The notes: generated from the sequence alone by a model not told the origin. A stretch of 64,000 bases of DNA from Candidatus Latescibacterota bacterium (GCA_965198115.1 OZ240241.1:3808001-3872000); one strand, 5' to 3'. Shown: positions 40,072 through 51,231, numbered from the stretch's first letter. Program-made: numbers and translations.

Positions 40072-42384
40072 GTTAGGCAGATCGACGTCGATGGAACGAT
40101 TACCACGGTGGCCGGCACCGGTTCACTCGGCGCCCAGGACGGCGTCCCGGTATCGGACGTGCAGTTTCTGGGTCTCCAGGACCTGGCTGTCGACAACCAG
40201 GGCAGACTGCTGATCGCTGACTTCAATCGTGTCTTTAGGGTTGGTTCCGATGGTCTGCTGGAGAGCATGGCGGGCGGAGGTACGTCAGATCCTGGAGAGG
40301 GTCTTCCTGCGTCCGATGTTTTCTTCCAGCAGATCAGTGGCATCGACGTCGATCCTACAGGGACTCTTTATCTGACGGACGCGGAGAACGACCGTGCGTA
40401 CACCGTCGATCCAACGACTTCGGTTCTCGCCGTCGCGATGTCGGAGAATCGGCCGTTCGACTTCTCGCAAGACGTTGTTTTCGATTCGTCTACCAACGAT
40501 CTCTACTGGCTGTGGGGCACGATTCTAGACCGGCTGGGTTCGAACGGTTCATTCGAGGCGAACATCGAGCTCATCCCATCGCAGGACATTCACGACCTGA
40601 TCGTAGACCCCCTGGGCGGCCTTTTGGCGACCACGCTGAATCAGAGCCAACTGTTCAGCATACAGAACGGGGTCTCAATGCCACTGGCCGGAGGTGGCCT
40701 CGAATACCCGGGGGATGGCCAGCTGGGCCCCAACGTGTTCATCACTTCACACCCGGATATCGCCGCCGACGCAAACGGCAATGTCTTCATTGGAGATACG
40801 GGAGGCATCCGCCGTTTGGACCGACAGACGGGGACCGTGTCCTCGCTGACAGCCGATTTGAATCCGGATGGTTCGGCGGCGGATGCAGTGCGAATTGTGA
40901 ATCCGGGAGACATCTTCGGAGATAGTCAGGGCAACCTGTACGTTGTCCAGGGCGTGCATTCTGGAGGCAACGTTGCGCGGATCGATCCCTCCGGGGCCAT
41001 TTCCGCCTTTACGGGGCTGGACCGCGCCCTTTACGATAGGCGATGAGTTGATCCCTGAGACCATCGCCCCGGAGGAGCTTTACGTCGCTCAGGACGGGAC
41101 GGTCTACCTGCTCAACCAGCACGCGATCTCGAGGATTTCCCAGCAGGGAGAGGCAACCGTGCTCGTCGACTTCGACGCTCAGACTGGGCCCGAGCGTTTC
41201 TTCGGCCTCTACGTAGACCCTGATGGATCCATTTACACGGCGGGACGGACCTCGTTCGGCGCCTCCTTCCAACTGTGGAAATTCGACACAAATGGAAACG
41301 GAACCATCGTCGGTGGAAACGGCACCGTGGAACCGCTGACGGGCGTACCAGCGACGGAGTCCAGTCTGCCCTCTTTCATCCGCGGGGTACAGAGTGACGC
41401 CGACGGGAATATTTACTTTGGGGGGGACACGGAGTCTTTTGAAGGGCTTGTATCCAAGATCGACGCGAGCGGCGTTCTTTCGATCGTGGCTGGTGGGGGC
41501 GCAGATTTCGGGAGTGAGACGGCGACTGGCTTCAAACTGTCCTCGATCAGGGACCTCTTCGTGACGCCCGAGGGAGAGCTCTACATCGCCGAGTCGTTCC
41601 GAATTTACCGTGTAGACGTATTGGGCAAAATCACGACCCTCCTCAACCAGTCGGCCGGTCGCTTCGAAGCGAGGGGAATCTGGGTCGACAGCGATGGGGT
41701 TGTTTACATAACGGACCGTTTCAACGATAGAATCATCCGGCTCGAGCCAGCCCCGCCGATGCCTACCGATGATCAGTCTACCGACAAATCACCCGACTTC
41801 GATGGCGACGGCACCGTCGGCTTCTCCGATTTCCTCGACTTCGCGCTTGTCTTCGGCGCCACATCCGAAAGTCCATCCTTCGACGCGAAGTTCGACCTCG
41901 ATGAAAGTGGTGACATCGGATTCGGCGACTTCCTGGTCTTTGCGGCCGCGTTCGGATCCTGATTCCCGAGCCTTCAAACTCGGTTACGCGAGTCGTCCCA
42001 ACACACTACCCAAGCTTCGTCGCCCGGAACTACGATCCGGGCGACTACATCCAGAAATTTCATGGATGGACCTCTCCCTCTGATCTTCCCTTACAACGAA
42101 TCGATCATATATCCTGTCTGAAGACGGGACGCTTGTGTCTTGCGGAAGCTGGCATTTAATCGTCACCACTGGGCGCGATTCGGGACGTGGTGGTACTACC
42201 ATTCCCCTTGTTGGACGCCATTGTTCCTGACTTCCTTCTCGCGCATCTCTACCTTGAAGGCAGAAATCCGGCACGATGTTATATTTTTCGGCTCGAAGTT
42301 TAAAGTTTTCCGTCCCTCGGCCAACGTTGAAGAGGTGTATTTGTTTGACGACGGCAACTGGTAGTCATACCCTTGGGAGAGGTA

Positions 42385-43758
42385 GAGCTCAGGTCAATAG
42401 GTGTGTAAAAGAAATCAGGCGGCCATCTTCCCGGTTTCGACCTGCGGTCCGGTTGAGTGTTTCTGATCGTAGACTTGTTGTAGCAAGTGTGGCGCGGTGA
42501 GTTTCCTGAATCGGCTCTCTGCGACCTTGAGCGTACGCCAGATGAGAGTCGTGGCGTTCCTGACTTTCTTGAATCGCCTGGCGGCGTTTGTGCGAAGCCG
42601 AACGGAAGTAAAGGGGCTCTCGACGACGTTCGTGGTTCTCAGGTGTTTCCAGTGTTCCTTCGGGAAGTCGTAGAACGTGACCATCCGATCCCAGTTTCTT
42701 TCGAGCGTCTCCACGGCGGCAGGGAACTGTGAGCGATACCGTGCGGCAAAGCGTTTCCGGAGCTTCTCGGCCTCCTTTTTCGTGCCGGCATAGGGGATCT
42801 GGACGAGCAGTGCGCGGGCTTCAGCCTGTGCACGCTTGGCGACCTTGTCGAGCACGTTGAGGATCTTGTGGTTCCAGCACCGTTGTTGCCGGCTCTCTGG
42901 CCAGACCTGATCAACGGCCGCCCAGATGCCCATATTCCCGTCCGCGGCGATCAGGACAGGATGTTCGAGCCCGCGATCCCGGAGATCCCGTAGCACCGTG
43001 AGCCAGGATTCTGTAGACTCTCGATAACCGGGTTCTATCGCCAGGATCTCCTTGCTGCCGTCGCTCATCGCGCCGATCACGACCAGCAGACACGCCTTCT
43101 CGCGCTCGAGCCCGGCTTTGACGTAGATGCCATCAGCCCAGGCGTAGACCAGTTCGCGATTATCCAGACGCCTTTCTTTCCAGTCCTGGAAGTCGACCTC
43201 CCACTTCCCTCGAAGACGAGCGATCGAGGTCGGCGAAAGCGGCGCGCCATCACCGAGCAGCGCACGCAAAGACAACTCGAAGTCGCCCTGGGAGAGACCG
43301 TGGAGATAAAGGTCGGGAAGCAGATCTCCAATGGCCCTGGTTCTCCGGGCGAACAGGGGGAGGATGCGGCTTTCAAACCGCTCTTCCAGACCACGAACCC
43401 GGGGACGCCGGACCTTGATCGTTCCGCAGCTCGTCGAGAGACGCCGGGGCTTGCCGTAGCCGTTCCTGTAGCCCGTGGAGCTATCGACCTCGGCTCGGCG
43501 CTCATACCACGACCGGCCCAAGAACGCGGTCGCCTCCTCCTCCAGAATGGACTGGAACCGGCCCTGGATCTCTTCACGGATCCAATCGTCAACCGTCTCC
43601 CACGTCGGCATGGACTTCAATGGGGCTCTATGCGTATGTTCCTTCACGGCGATCCTCCTTCCCAACCGGGCCTCTCACCCGGTTTTGTGTGAATCAACTA
43701 TCTCACGGGAAGGGTAGGGTCGCCCTTTCTCTTTTTCCACACCTTTTGATTATAGCTC
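42385..43758 (-). mobile_element. IS256-family insertion sequence, copy A (1374 bp)
   Basis: IRs GAGCTCAGGTCAATAGGTGTG / GAGCTATAATCAAAAGGTGTG; 8-bp TSD GAGAGGTA. Confidence 0.95.
42415..43665 (-). CDS. IS256 (Mutator-like) transposase
   Basis: YRNGY, WADGIY, AADG, QRCWNHK, RTTNVVES. Confidence 0.95.
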   Translation of the reverse strand: MGRRIAVKEHTHRAPLKSMPTWETVDDWIREEIQGRFQSILEEEATAFLGRSWYERRAEVDSSTGYRNGYGKPRRLSTSCGTIKVRRPRVRGLEERFESRILPLFARRTRAIGDLLPDLYLHGLSQGDFELSLRALLGDGAPLSPTSIARLRGKWEVDFQDWKERRLDNRELVYAWADGIYVKAGLEREKACLLVVIGAMSDGSKEILAIEPGYRESTESWLTVLRDLRDRGLEHPVLIAADGNMGIWAAVDQVWPESRQQRCWNHKILNVLDKVAKRAQAEARALLVQIPYAGTKKEAEKLRKRFAARYRSQFPAAVETLERNWDRMVTFYDFPKEHWKHLRTTNVVESPFTSVRLRTNAARRFKKVRNATTLIWRTLKVAESRFRKLTAPHLLQQVYDQKHSTGPQVETGKMAA

Positions 43759-44048
43759 GAGAGGTAAGTGAACAATCACAAAGGGCGTGAGGGTCCGAGT
43801 CGTGTTGTCGGGAATGTGGAGCGAAACGGGCTTTATGATTCCTTATCGGGAGGAATCTGTCCTGACGAGATTATCCATGAATATCAGTTTGCTTTGGGCC
43901 GGCATCATAACGTTGATGTTGGCCTTTTTTGTGTGCGAAAGACCACGCTCGGCGGGAACGGTAAACTGGATGATTGACTTGGATACACAGAGTGTTGAGT
44001 CGTTTTAGGAACGTTCGTTCTAGATCAAGGGGGATGGTGGAGCACATC

Positions 44049-45422
44049 GAGCTATAATCAAAAGGTGTGGAAAAAGAGAAAGGGCGACCCTACCCTTCCC
44101 GTGAGATAGTTGATTCACACAAAACCGGGTGAGAGGCCCGGTTGGGAAGGAGGATCGCCGTGAAGGAACATACGCATAGAGCCCCATTGAAGTCCATGCC
44201 GACGTGGGAGACGGTTGACGATTGGATCCGTGAAGAGATCCAGGGCCGGTTCCAGTCCATTCTGGAGGAGGAGGCGACCGCGTTCTTGGGCCGGTCGTGG
44301 TATGAGCGCCGAGCCGAGGTTGATAGCTCCAGGGGCTACAGGAACGGCTACGGCAAGCCCCGGCGTCTCTCGACGAGCTGCGGAACGATCAAGGTCCGGC
44401 GTCCCCGGGTTCGTGGTCTGGAAGAGCGGTTTGAAAGCCGCATCCTCCCCCTGTTCACCCGGAGAACCAGGGCCATTGGAGATCTGCTTCCCGACCTTTA
44501 TCTCCACGGTCTCTCCCAGGGCGACTTCGAGTTGTCTTTGCGTGCGCTGCTCGGTGATGGCGCGCCGCTTTCGCCGACCTCGATCGCTCGTCTTCGAGGG
44601 AAGTGGGAGGTCGACTTCCAGGACTGGAAAGAAAGGCGTCTGGATAATCGCGAACTGGTCTACGCCTGGGCTGATGGCATCTACGTCAAAGCCGGGCTCG
44701 AGCGCGAGAAGGCGTGTCTGCTGGTCGTGATCGGCGCGATGAGCGACGGCAGCAAGGAGATCCTGGCGATAGAACCCGGTTATCGAGAGTCTACAGAATC
44801 CTGGCTCACGGTGCTACGGGATCTCCGGGATCGCGGGCTCGAACATCCTGTCCTGATCGCCGCGGACGGGAATATGGGCATCTGGGCGGCCGTTGATCAG
44901 GTCTGGCCAGAGAGCCGGCAACAACGGTGCTGGAACCACAAGATCCTCAACGTGCTCGACAAGGTCGCCAAGCGTGCACAGGCTGAAGCCCGCGCACTGC
45001 TCGTCCAGATCCCCTATGCCGGCACGAAAAAGGAGGCCGAGAAGCTCCAGAAACGCTTTGCCGCACGGTATCGCTCACAGTTCCCTGCCGCCGTGGAGAC
45101 GCTCGAAAGAAACTGGGATCGGATGGTCACGTTCTACGACTTCCCGAAGGAACACTGGAAACACCTGAGAACCACGAACGTCGTCGAGAGCCCCTTTACT
45201 TCCGTTCGGCTTCGCACAAACGCCGCCAGGCGATTCAAGAAAGTCAGGAACGCCACGACTCTCATCTGGCGTACGCTCAAGGTCGCAGAGAGCCGATTCA
45301 GGAAACTCACCGCGCCACACTTGCTACAACAAGTCTACGATCAGAAACACTCAACCGGACCGCAGGTCGAAGCCGGGAAGATGGCCGCCTGATTTCTTTT
45401 ACACACCTATTGACCTGAGCTC
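44049..45422 (+). mobile_element. IS256-family insertion sequence, copy B (1374 bp), inverted relative to A, no TSD
   Basis: Same IRs; flanks AGCACATC and ATCTCCCT do not match. Confidence 0.95.
44142..45392 (+). CDS. IS256 transposase (4 aa differences from copy A)
   Basis: 416-aa ORF near-identical to 42415-43665. Confidence 0.95.
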   Translation: MGRRIAVKEHTHRAPLKSMPTWETVDDWIREEIQGRFQSILEEEATAFLGRSWYERRAEVDSSRGYRNGYGKPRRLSTSCGTIKVRRPRVRGLEERFESRILPLFTRRTRAIGDLLPDLYLHGLSQGDFELSLRALLGDGAPLSPTSIARLRGKWEVDFQDWKERRLDNRELVYAWADGIYVKAGLEREKACLLVVIGAMSDGSKEILAIEPGYRESTESWLTVLRDLRDRGLEHPVLIAADGNMGIWAAVDQVWPESRQQRCWNHKILNVLDKVAKRAQAEARALLVQIPYAGTKKEAEKLQKRFAARYRSQFPAAVETLERNWDRMVTFYDFPKEHWKHLRTTNVVESPFTSVRLRTNAARRFKKVRNATTLIWRTLKVAESRFRKLTAPHLLQQVYDQKHSTGPQVEAGKMAA

Positions 45423-45665
45423 ATCTCCCTCACAGAACAACACATCGTGTGTCGCGAAGGTCACCTGCAACCCCAGCTCTGCCATTCGGGAACGAACGGC
45501 CGGCAATTCGTCCGCCATAGGGGCTCCCCACAGCTCACGTCGCAGCTCGAGCCCGTCGACACCGAGCGTGCCTGCGATTTCTACGAGTTCGGGTACACGC
45601 ATCGACCCCGATTCGATCGCGTTCGTATACTGAACGATGGACATCACGATGGGTCGCTCTGGCAC
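45423..45665 (-). pseudogene. Sugar-phosphate isomerase/epimerase (TIM-barrel) N-terminal fragment truncated by IS256 copy B
   Basis: ELVEIAGTLGVDGLELRRE...VRSRMAELGLQV; AGGAGG RBS; runs into the IS end. Confidence 0.7.
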
Positions 45666-45711
45666 AGGGAGCCTCCTGGTGGATTCAATGACAGATTGAA
45701 CCGGCGTCGTG

Positions 45712-46460
45712 TCAGCCGCTGTTTCCGATCAACGCGAAAACCTTATCGATCAGCTGATCGGGCTCGTAGGGCTTGGCTACGAAACCGTTGACATTCAGGC
45801 TGATTGCCCGCGCAACGTGTTCCTTGTCGGGAAAGGGGTCAGGATCAGGAGCGGCAGCCACGCCGTGTCGGGGTTCTTGCGAAGAACCGCACAGGCATCC
45901 AGGCCGCTCGCACCCGGGAGATTCACATCGAATATCGCCAGGTCGGGGGGCTTATTCTGGATATGCTTGATCGCCGGTTCGGCGGAAGAAAACGGAATGA
46001 CGTAGACACCCCGCCCGGTCAGTGTCTTCGCGATCATCTGAAGCGTTGTACGATCGTCCTCGACCACGACCGCTTCAGTATGTCTTCCCAGGTTCTCTCG
46101 ATACAGAGTAGCCCTTAAAAGCACCTGAAGGCGGATGGGATCGATCGGCTTCGTCAGATACCCGCTCGAACGCGTATCCAGGAGAATCGCCTCCGCCTCC
46201 TGTGGCACATAGCCCGTCATCACGATGATTCGGGGAGGTCTCTGCCGTGTCTGGATTCGATCGATCAGCTCCCACCCGTCCATTTCCGGCATGACCAGGT
46301 CTGTGACCACCAGATCGACCGGGTGCCTGTCCAGATGCACGAGTGCGGCCTGACCCGAAGTGACCTCCTGCGCATCGTAACCCGCGCTTCGAATCAGCTC
46401 TGCAACGGTAAACGCAACATCTGCCTGGTCGTCGACCACGAGTACGATCTGATTAGCGAT
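45712..46460 (-). pseudogene. Tandem receiver-domain response regulator, frameshifted near 45830
   Basis: VVDD..DLVMPEMDG..KP and VVEDD..DVNLPGASG; missing tail ARAISLNVNGFVAKPYEPDQLIDKV is in another frame ending at 45712. Confidence 0.8.
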
Positions 46461-46538
46461 CGCGAACTCCTTCGGCTTGCGTCATCCTGTTCGGTGAGGG
46501 ACTCCCGACTTCACATTCGTTCCCGACCGAATCGCCAT

Positions 46539-47549
46539 TCAGTAGATCCGCTCGATGAGGTGCCATCCCATCGGCGTTCGCAAGGGGCCGCCGACACCTC
46601 CGGGTTGAAGCCCCTTGACGGCCTCCTCGAAGGCGGGTAGCAGATCGCCCGGCTTGAACGGCCCGATGTCGCCTCCGGCCCCTGCGGAAGGATCGACCGA
46701 GTGGGCCCGTGCCAGAGCCGCGAAATCTTCCCCTGAACGAACTCTTTGCAGAAGCGAAAACGCAAGGTCCTCTGCCCTGACCACGATGTGACGGGCCCGC
46801 ATTTCACCCGCATCACGGCGACGATCACGATCGTCCAGCATCTCGAGGACCTGGGCGAGAGAGTCCTTCGCCCGTCGCGAATCCGGCGACAGTCTCGTCG
46901 CACGTTCCAGATGCCGGATCGCCTTGTCCAGGTCACCCGACTCGACATAGACGCTGGCGATGTCCGTGTGGGCATCCGTCAGATCCGGCTTCAGCTCGAG
47001 CGCTCTCTGGTAAGCTTGCGTCGCCGCATCCAGACGACCCAGCATAAACCGTGCACGCCCTACGTTGATCCACGCGGGGACGAACGTCGAGTCGATAGAC
47101 GTAGCGCGCTCGTATCGATCGAGCGCACCCTCGATACGGCCGCGCCGCTCGAACAACGCACCCAGGTTGTTGAGAGCCTCGACGTGTCCCGGGTCGTGGC
47201 GAACCGCACTTTCATAGGCTATCTGGGCGTTGTCGAAGTCACCGATCGTCACGAATGAGACCCCGGCGTTGTATTGCACCTCCGCCGCTGTCGAGTCCTC
47301 GCGAAGGGCCGCCCTGTAATGCTTCAACGCGCTGTCCGTCCGACCCATTCGGGCGTGCAGAAAGCCGATGTTGTTCAGGGTGTTCACATCAGATGAATCC
47401 AGCGCCAACACCTGGCGATACTCACCGATCGCCGCCTCGATCCGCCCGGCCGCCCTATGGGCCTCCGCCCCTTCGTAGTGAATCCGAATCTCCCTCTCCT
47501 GACAGGCAAGAATCGTGAAAAGGACAAGCAAGACGGCCGTGCTTCGCAA
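46539..47549 (-). CDS. TPR-repeat lipoprotein with C-terminal PpiC/parvulin PPIase domain
   Basis: ILAC lipobox, about 6 TPRs, RARHIVV..FAALARAHS.D..GGDIG..GWHLIE; start taken at TTG 47549. Confidence 0.87.
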   Translation of the reverse strand: MRSTAVLLVLFTILACQEREIRIHYEGAEAHRAAGRIEAAIGEYRQVLALDSSDVNTLNNIGFLHARMGRTDSALKHYRAALREDSTAAEVQYNAGVSFVTIGDFDNAQIAYESAVRHDPGHVEALNNLGALFERRGRIEGALDRYERATSIDSTFVPAWINVGRARFMLGRLDAATQAYQRALELKPDLTDAHTDIASVYVESGDLDKAIRHLERATRLSPDSRRAKDSLAQVLEMLDDRDRRRDAGEMRARHIVVRAEDLAFSLLQRVRSGEDFAALARAHSVDPSAGAGGDIGPFKPGDLLPAFEEAVKGLQPGGVGGPLRTPMGWHLIERIY

Positions 47550-47988
47550 CCACGTGCGATGATTGCGGCTCTTTCCTCGCGCGAGACCCTTCAATTTTAG
47601 ATCATCGATGTCCACATCCTCAATGTCTTGAAGCGTCACCGTCTCAGTGCAGATCATCCGAAGTGACGAATGAGGCTCCGCAACTGAAGCCTTGGAACGC
47701 GAACGGCTAGGCCCTTCTTTCCTGAAGGACACTCAAGGCCACTGGAATGAAACAGCATAGTATCGACGACGAAGTGTCACGCTTCCAGCGACAGGAGGCG
47801 TCACGAATCACTGATTCCGAGGAATGGCTGTATCATGTCATCCGTAGAACGCTCGATTGAACCACCCAACGCGCCCACAATTTAAGCCAATCCATTCAGC
47901 CACCCAAGCCGTCGCGAAACAAAAAAGCCGTCTCACCGTTGGCCGGGATCCGTGGTCCGAATAGGGGCCGTGCTATCTTTGCTATGAC

Positions 47989-48018
47989 TTGACCCTTTTA
48001 TACTCCAAACCCTACCTT
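47989..48018 (+). promoter_or_regulatory. Possible sigma70 promoter for the symporter
   Basis: TTGACC-N18-TACCTT. Confidence 0.45.
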
Positions 48019-48128
48019 AAGCCTCGCTTCAGCCGTTCAGACTGACCTCCCAACAATGTCACCGTCTCGATGCCCAGAGATGGGTGTTCTCCCGGCCAAC
48101 GACCAACGGCTCACGGACAACGTCTTTC

Positions 48129-49626
48129 ATGATGTACGGCCTCCATTACCTCGACTTCGCAACCCTCCTGATCTACCTCATCGGCATCACCATCGTCGGC
48201 CTCGTCGCGTCCCGCGGCGTCAACAAGTCGATCGATTACTTTATGGGCGGTCGCAAATTCGGCAAAGCGGTGCTGATCATGCACGCTTTTGGAACAGGAA
48301 CACACACGGATGCCGCTGTCAACGTCGTGGGTGCTTCCTACAAGCTCGGGTTGGCCGGAATCTGGTATGCGTGGCTGCCGCTTTTTGTCACCCCGTTCTA
48401 CTGGGTGATGATGCCCCTGTTTCGCCGTATGCGCTACATCACCACGGCCGACTTCTTCGACGAGCGCTTCGGGCTGGGACTCGGCCGCGTCTATTCGCTC
48501 TTCGGCATCTTCTACTACATCCTGTCGATGGGCATTATGCTCGAAGGCACAGGAAAGATGGCCAGCGGTGTTACCGGCGGCGCCCTCAGCACCGAATTCT
48601 GCATCATCGTAATGTCGGTTCTGTTCCTGCTCTACGGTCTCCTCGGCGGACTTCAAGCAGCCGTCTGGACCGACTTCGTCCAGGGTATCTTCATCATCAT
48701 CCTCTCCTTCATCCTCTGGCCGTATATGATGGATCAACTCGGCGGCTTTAGCGGGATGCACGAGATTTTGCCGATCGAGAAATTCAGCCTCGCGGCGCCC
48801 AACGATCCACCCGTAGGCTATGACAGAATAACGGTCTGGTTCGTCGTGATATTGACTATAAACACGATCTTCAACATTCCCGGCCAGCCCCACACGATGG
48901 AAATGGGTGGTTCTGGCAAAACCGAATTGGAAGGCCGAGTCGGCTTTACATACGGAAACATAATCAAACGATTCTGCACGATTGCCTGGGCATTCATCGG
49001 TGTCGGCGCTATCGCCCTCTATCCTGACTTCTCTGATCCTGAACTCATCTTCGGACAAGCCACTCGCGATCTCCTACCTGTGGGACTCGTCGGCGTGATG
49101 CTCGCCTCGATGATCGCCGCTGTAATGTCTTCGTGCGATTCTTTTATGGTCGACGGCTCAGCCCTCTTCGTTGAAAACATCTATCGCCCCCTCGCCAGAG
49201 AGAGACGACCATCATTATTTGAACGTCGGTCGTGTCGTCGGCGTTCTGATGGTCATCGGAGGCATCCTCATCACCGAGTATTTTCACAGCGTCATTTCGC
49301 TTTGGCGCTTCCTCGTCCCCCTGCCGGCCTTCTGGGGCATCGCCGTATGGGCAGGAATCCTTTGGCGAAGGGCAAACGGCTACGGTGCCTGGGCGGGTAT
49401 CCTGGGGTCGACCGCCATCTGGATGGTCGTGAACGATGTCTACGGACTGGAACTGCAGGATCAAGTCGTCTGGTATCTCACCGGCGGCGTTGCAGCCCTG
49501 ATCACCGCCAGCAAACTCTCACCCGCCCTCCCAAAAGAACGCACGGACAAGTTCTACGCCTTCCTCCACACGCCCGTGGGCGATGAGCAAAAGCTCATCG
49601 ACGCCGGCTACGAACTCCGCCACTGA
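48129..49626 (+). pseudogene. Sodium:solute symporter (SSF), frameshifted near 49195
   Basis: DYFMGGRKFG, GGLQAAVWTDFVQG, AAVMSSCDS; last TM helices are in ORF 49171-49626; break at an (AG)4 run. Confidence 0.88.
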
Positions 49627-49646
49627 TCGGCTTCATACCGGACAAC

Positions 49647-49690
49647 AGAAAGGGGCGATGACTTCATTCGAAGCCATCGCCTCTTTTTCT
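49647..49690. terminator. Bidirectional terminator
   Basis: AGAAAGGGGCGATG...CATCGCCTCTTTTT between convergent genes. Confidence 0.75.
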
Positions 49691-49715
49691 GTCCTCTGAC
49701 AGCAGTCCTCTACCT

Positions 49716-50903
49716 TTACCTCCACCCTCCTACGAACGCCCTCGCCACCTCCACGTGATATCGAATCCCCAACGGGATCGCATCATCGTGAAAGTCGTAG
49801 TCCGATTGATGCAGGTTCGGATACGAATCCCGATCGCGAGGTCTGACACCGAGCGCCACGAACGTCGCTGGCACCTTCTCGGCGTAGAAGGCGAAATCCT
49901 CGCCTCCCATCACCGGCGCGATCGGCACGTGTGTAAGCTGCCTGCCCAGATCGCTCTCGAACACACCCTCCACGAACGTCACCGCCGATTCGTCGTTGTA
50001 GGTGACCGGATACCCGTCCCTGACGTCGATGATCGCCCGCGCGCCCATCGACTCCGCAATGCCTGTCGCGATTTTGACCAGCTTGCGATGGACCGCACGT
50101 CTGACACCCTCGTCCAGCGAACGGATGGTACCTTTCATCGCCACCGACTGCGGAATGATGTTGTAGGTCGTTCCCGCTTCAACCTGCGAGAACGTCACAA
50201 CCGCGGCTTGCAGCGGATCCGTCGTCCGCGACACGATCGTTTGTGCGGCCGCGATCACCTGCGACGCAATCACGATCGGATCCACGCCCAGGTGAGGAAA
50301 CGCGGCGTGGGCACCCGTTCCCTCGATCGTCAGATCGAACTGATCGGACGCCGCCAGCAGTGCGCCGGCTCGTAGCCCAACCTCACCCTGCGGGAGCTGC
50401 GGCCATCCGTGGATGCCGAAGATTGCGTCGACCCTCGGATCCTCCAGCACACCCTCTTCACACATTCGCCGACCACCCGCGCCGCCTTCCTCAGCGGGCT
50501 GGAAAATAAACTTCACCGGTCCGTCCAACTCATCCGCCATCCGGCCCAATACGCGCGCCGCGCCGGCTAGGCAACTCGTGTGTCCATCGTGACCGCACGC
50601 GTGCATCTTCCCACTCACCGTCGACCGATAGGGCACGTCCCCCGTTTCCTCGATCGGCAATGCATCCATATCCGCCCGAAGGGCAACACACGGACCCTTT
50701 TTGTCCGCCCCCAGTGTGGCAACGATACCCGTCTCCGCCACGCCTGCCCGGATTTCTAGTCCATCGACTTTCGAAAGCTGCGCCATCACACGCTTGGCAG
50801 TACCGTGCTCCTCGTAACCCAGCTCGGGATGGCGATGGATCTCGTGACGCAGCTCCACGATCTCGTCACGGACTTCTTCGATCAACTCCCCAATATCAGC
50901 CAT
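49716..50903 (-). CDS. M20D family amidohydrolase
   Basis: HRHPELGYEE, LRADMDALP, MHACGHDGH, FQPAEEG, GGEDFAFY. Confidence 0.95.
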   Translation of the reverse strand: MADIGELIEEVRDEIVELRHEIHRHPELGYEEHGTAKRVMAQLSKVDGLEIRAGVAETGIVATLGADKKGPCVALRADMDALPIEETGDVPYRSTVSGKMHACGHDGHTSCLAGAARVLGRMADELDGPVKFIFQPAEEGGAGGRRMCEEGVLEDPRVDAIFGIHGWPQLPQGEVGLRAGALLAASDQFDLTIEGTGAHAAFPHLGVDPIVIASQVIAAAQTIVSRTTDPLQAAVVTFSQVEAGTTYNIIPQSVAMKGTIRSLDEGVRRAVHRKLVKIATGIAESMGARAIIDVRDGYPVTYNDESAVTFVEGVFESDLGRQLTHVPIAPVMGGEDFAFYAEKVPATFVALGVRPRDRDSYPNLHQSDYDFHDDAIPLGIRYHVEVARAFVGGWR

Positions 50904-50976
50904 AAAAAGTCTCCACCGGCCAATCCAAAAATTTGATGATTCCCTAATTTATAATCGTCGAACACTTGAGCCACCA

Positions 50977-51231
50977 TCACTCGACAATAGACCCCCCTAT
51001 CTTCCCCGAATTGTGCACGATCCTCCCACCCCGAACCACAATGTCCCCACCCACCTGGCCGTAGAGCTCCAACCGCGTGCTTTCTTCCATCAGCAAGTCT
51101 TTTGCGACCGATCCACGCAGAATCAACAGAACACCGGCCTTCACGCGAACGGTCCCCATCACCATTCCCTGGAGGGTGGTATCCTCGGTGATCGTCAGGT
51201 CTCGCCTGTGAATGTCGCCATCTGTTTTCAT
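50977..51231 (-). CDS. Small beta-helix protein, bactofilin-like
   Basis: Roughly 17-aa periodic LxGxVxGxV pattern (LQGMVMGTV, LRGSVAKDL, LYGQVGGDI, SGKIGGSI). Confidence 0.6.
   Translation of the reverse strand: MKTDGDIHRRDLTITEDTTLQGMVMGTVRVKAGVLLILRGSVAKDLLMEESTRLELYGQVGGDIVVRGGRIVHNSGKIGGSIVE

Larger units (their letters stand above)
35749..41962 (+). pseudogene. Large secreted NHL-repeat / Ig-like (ASH-type) protein with C-terminal EF-hand/dockerin-like module, disrupted
   Basis: Repeated AGTGxAGFSGDGG..L..P..D..GNLYIAD units; ITNTG Ig domains; DFDGDGTVGFSDF and DLDESGDIGFGDF; 5' end lost at ISL3, frameshifts near 38310 and 41020, IS200 at 39434. Confidence 0.88.
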
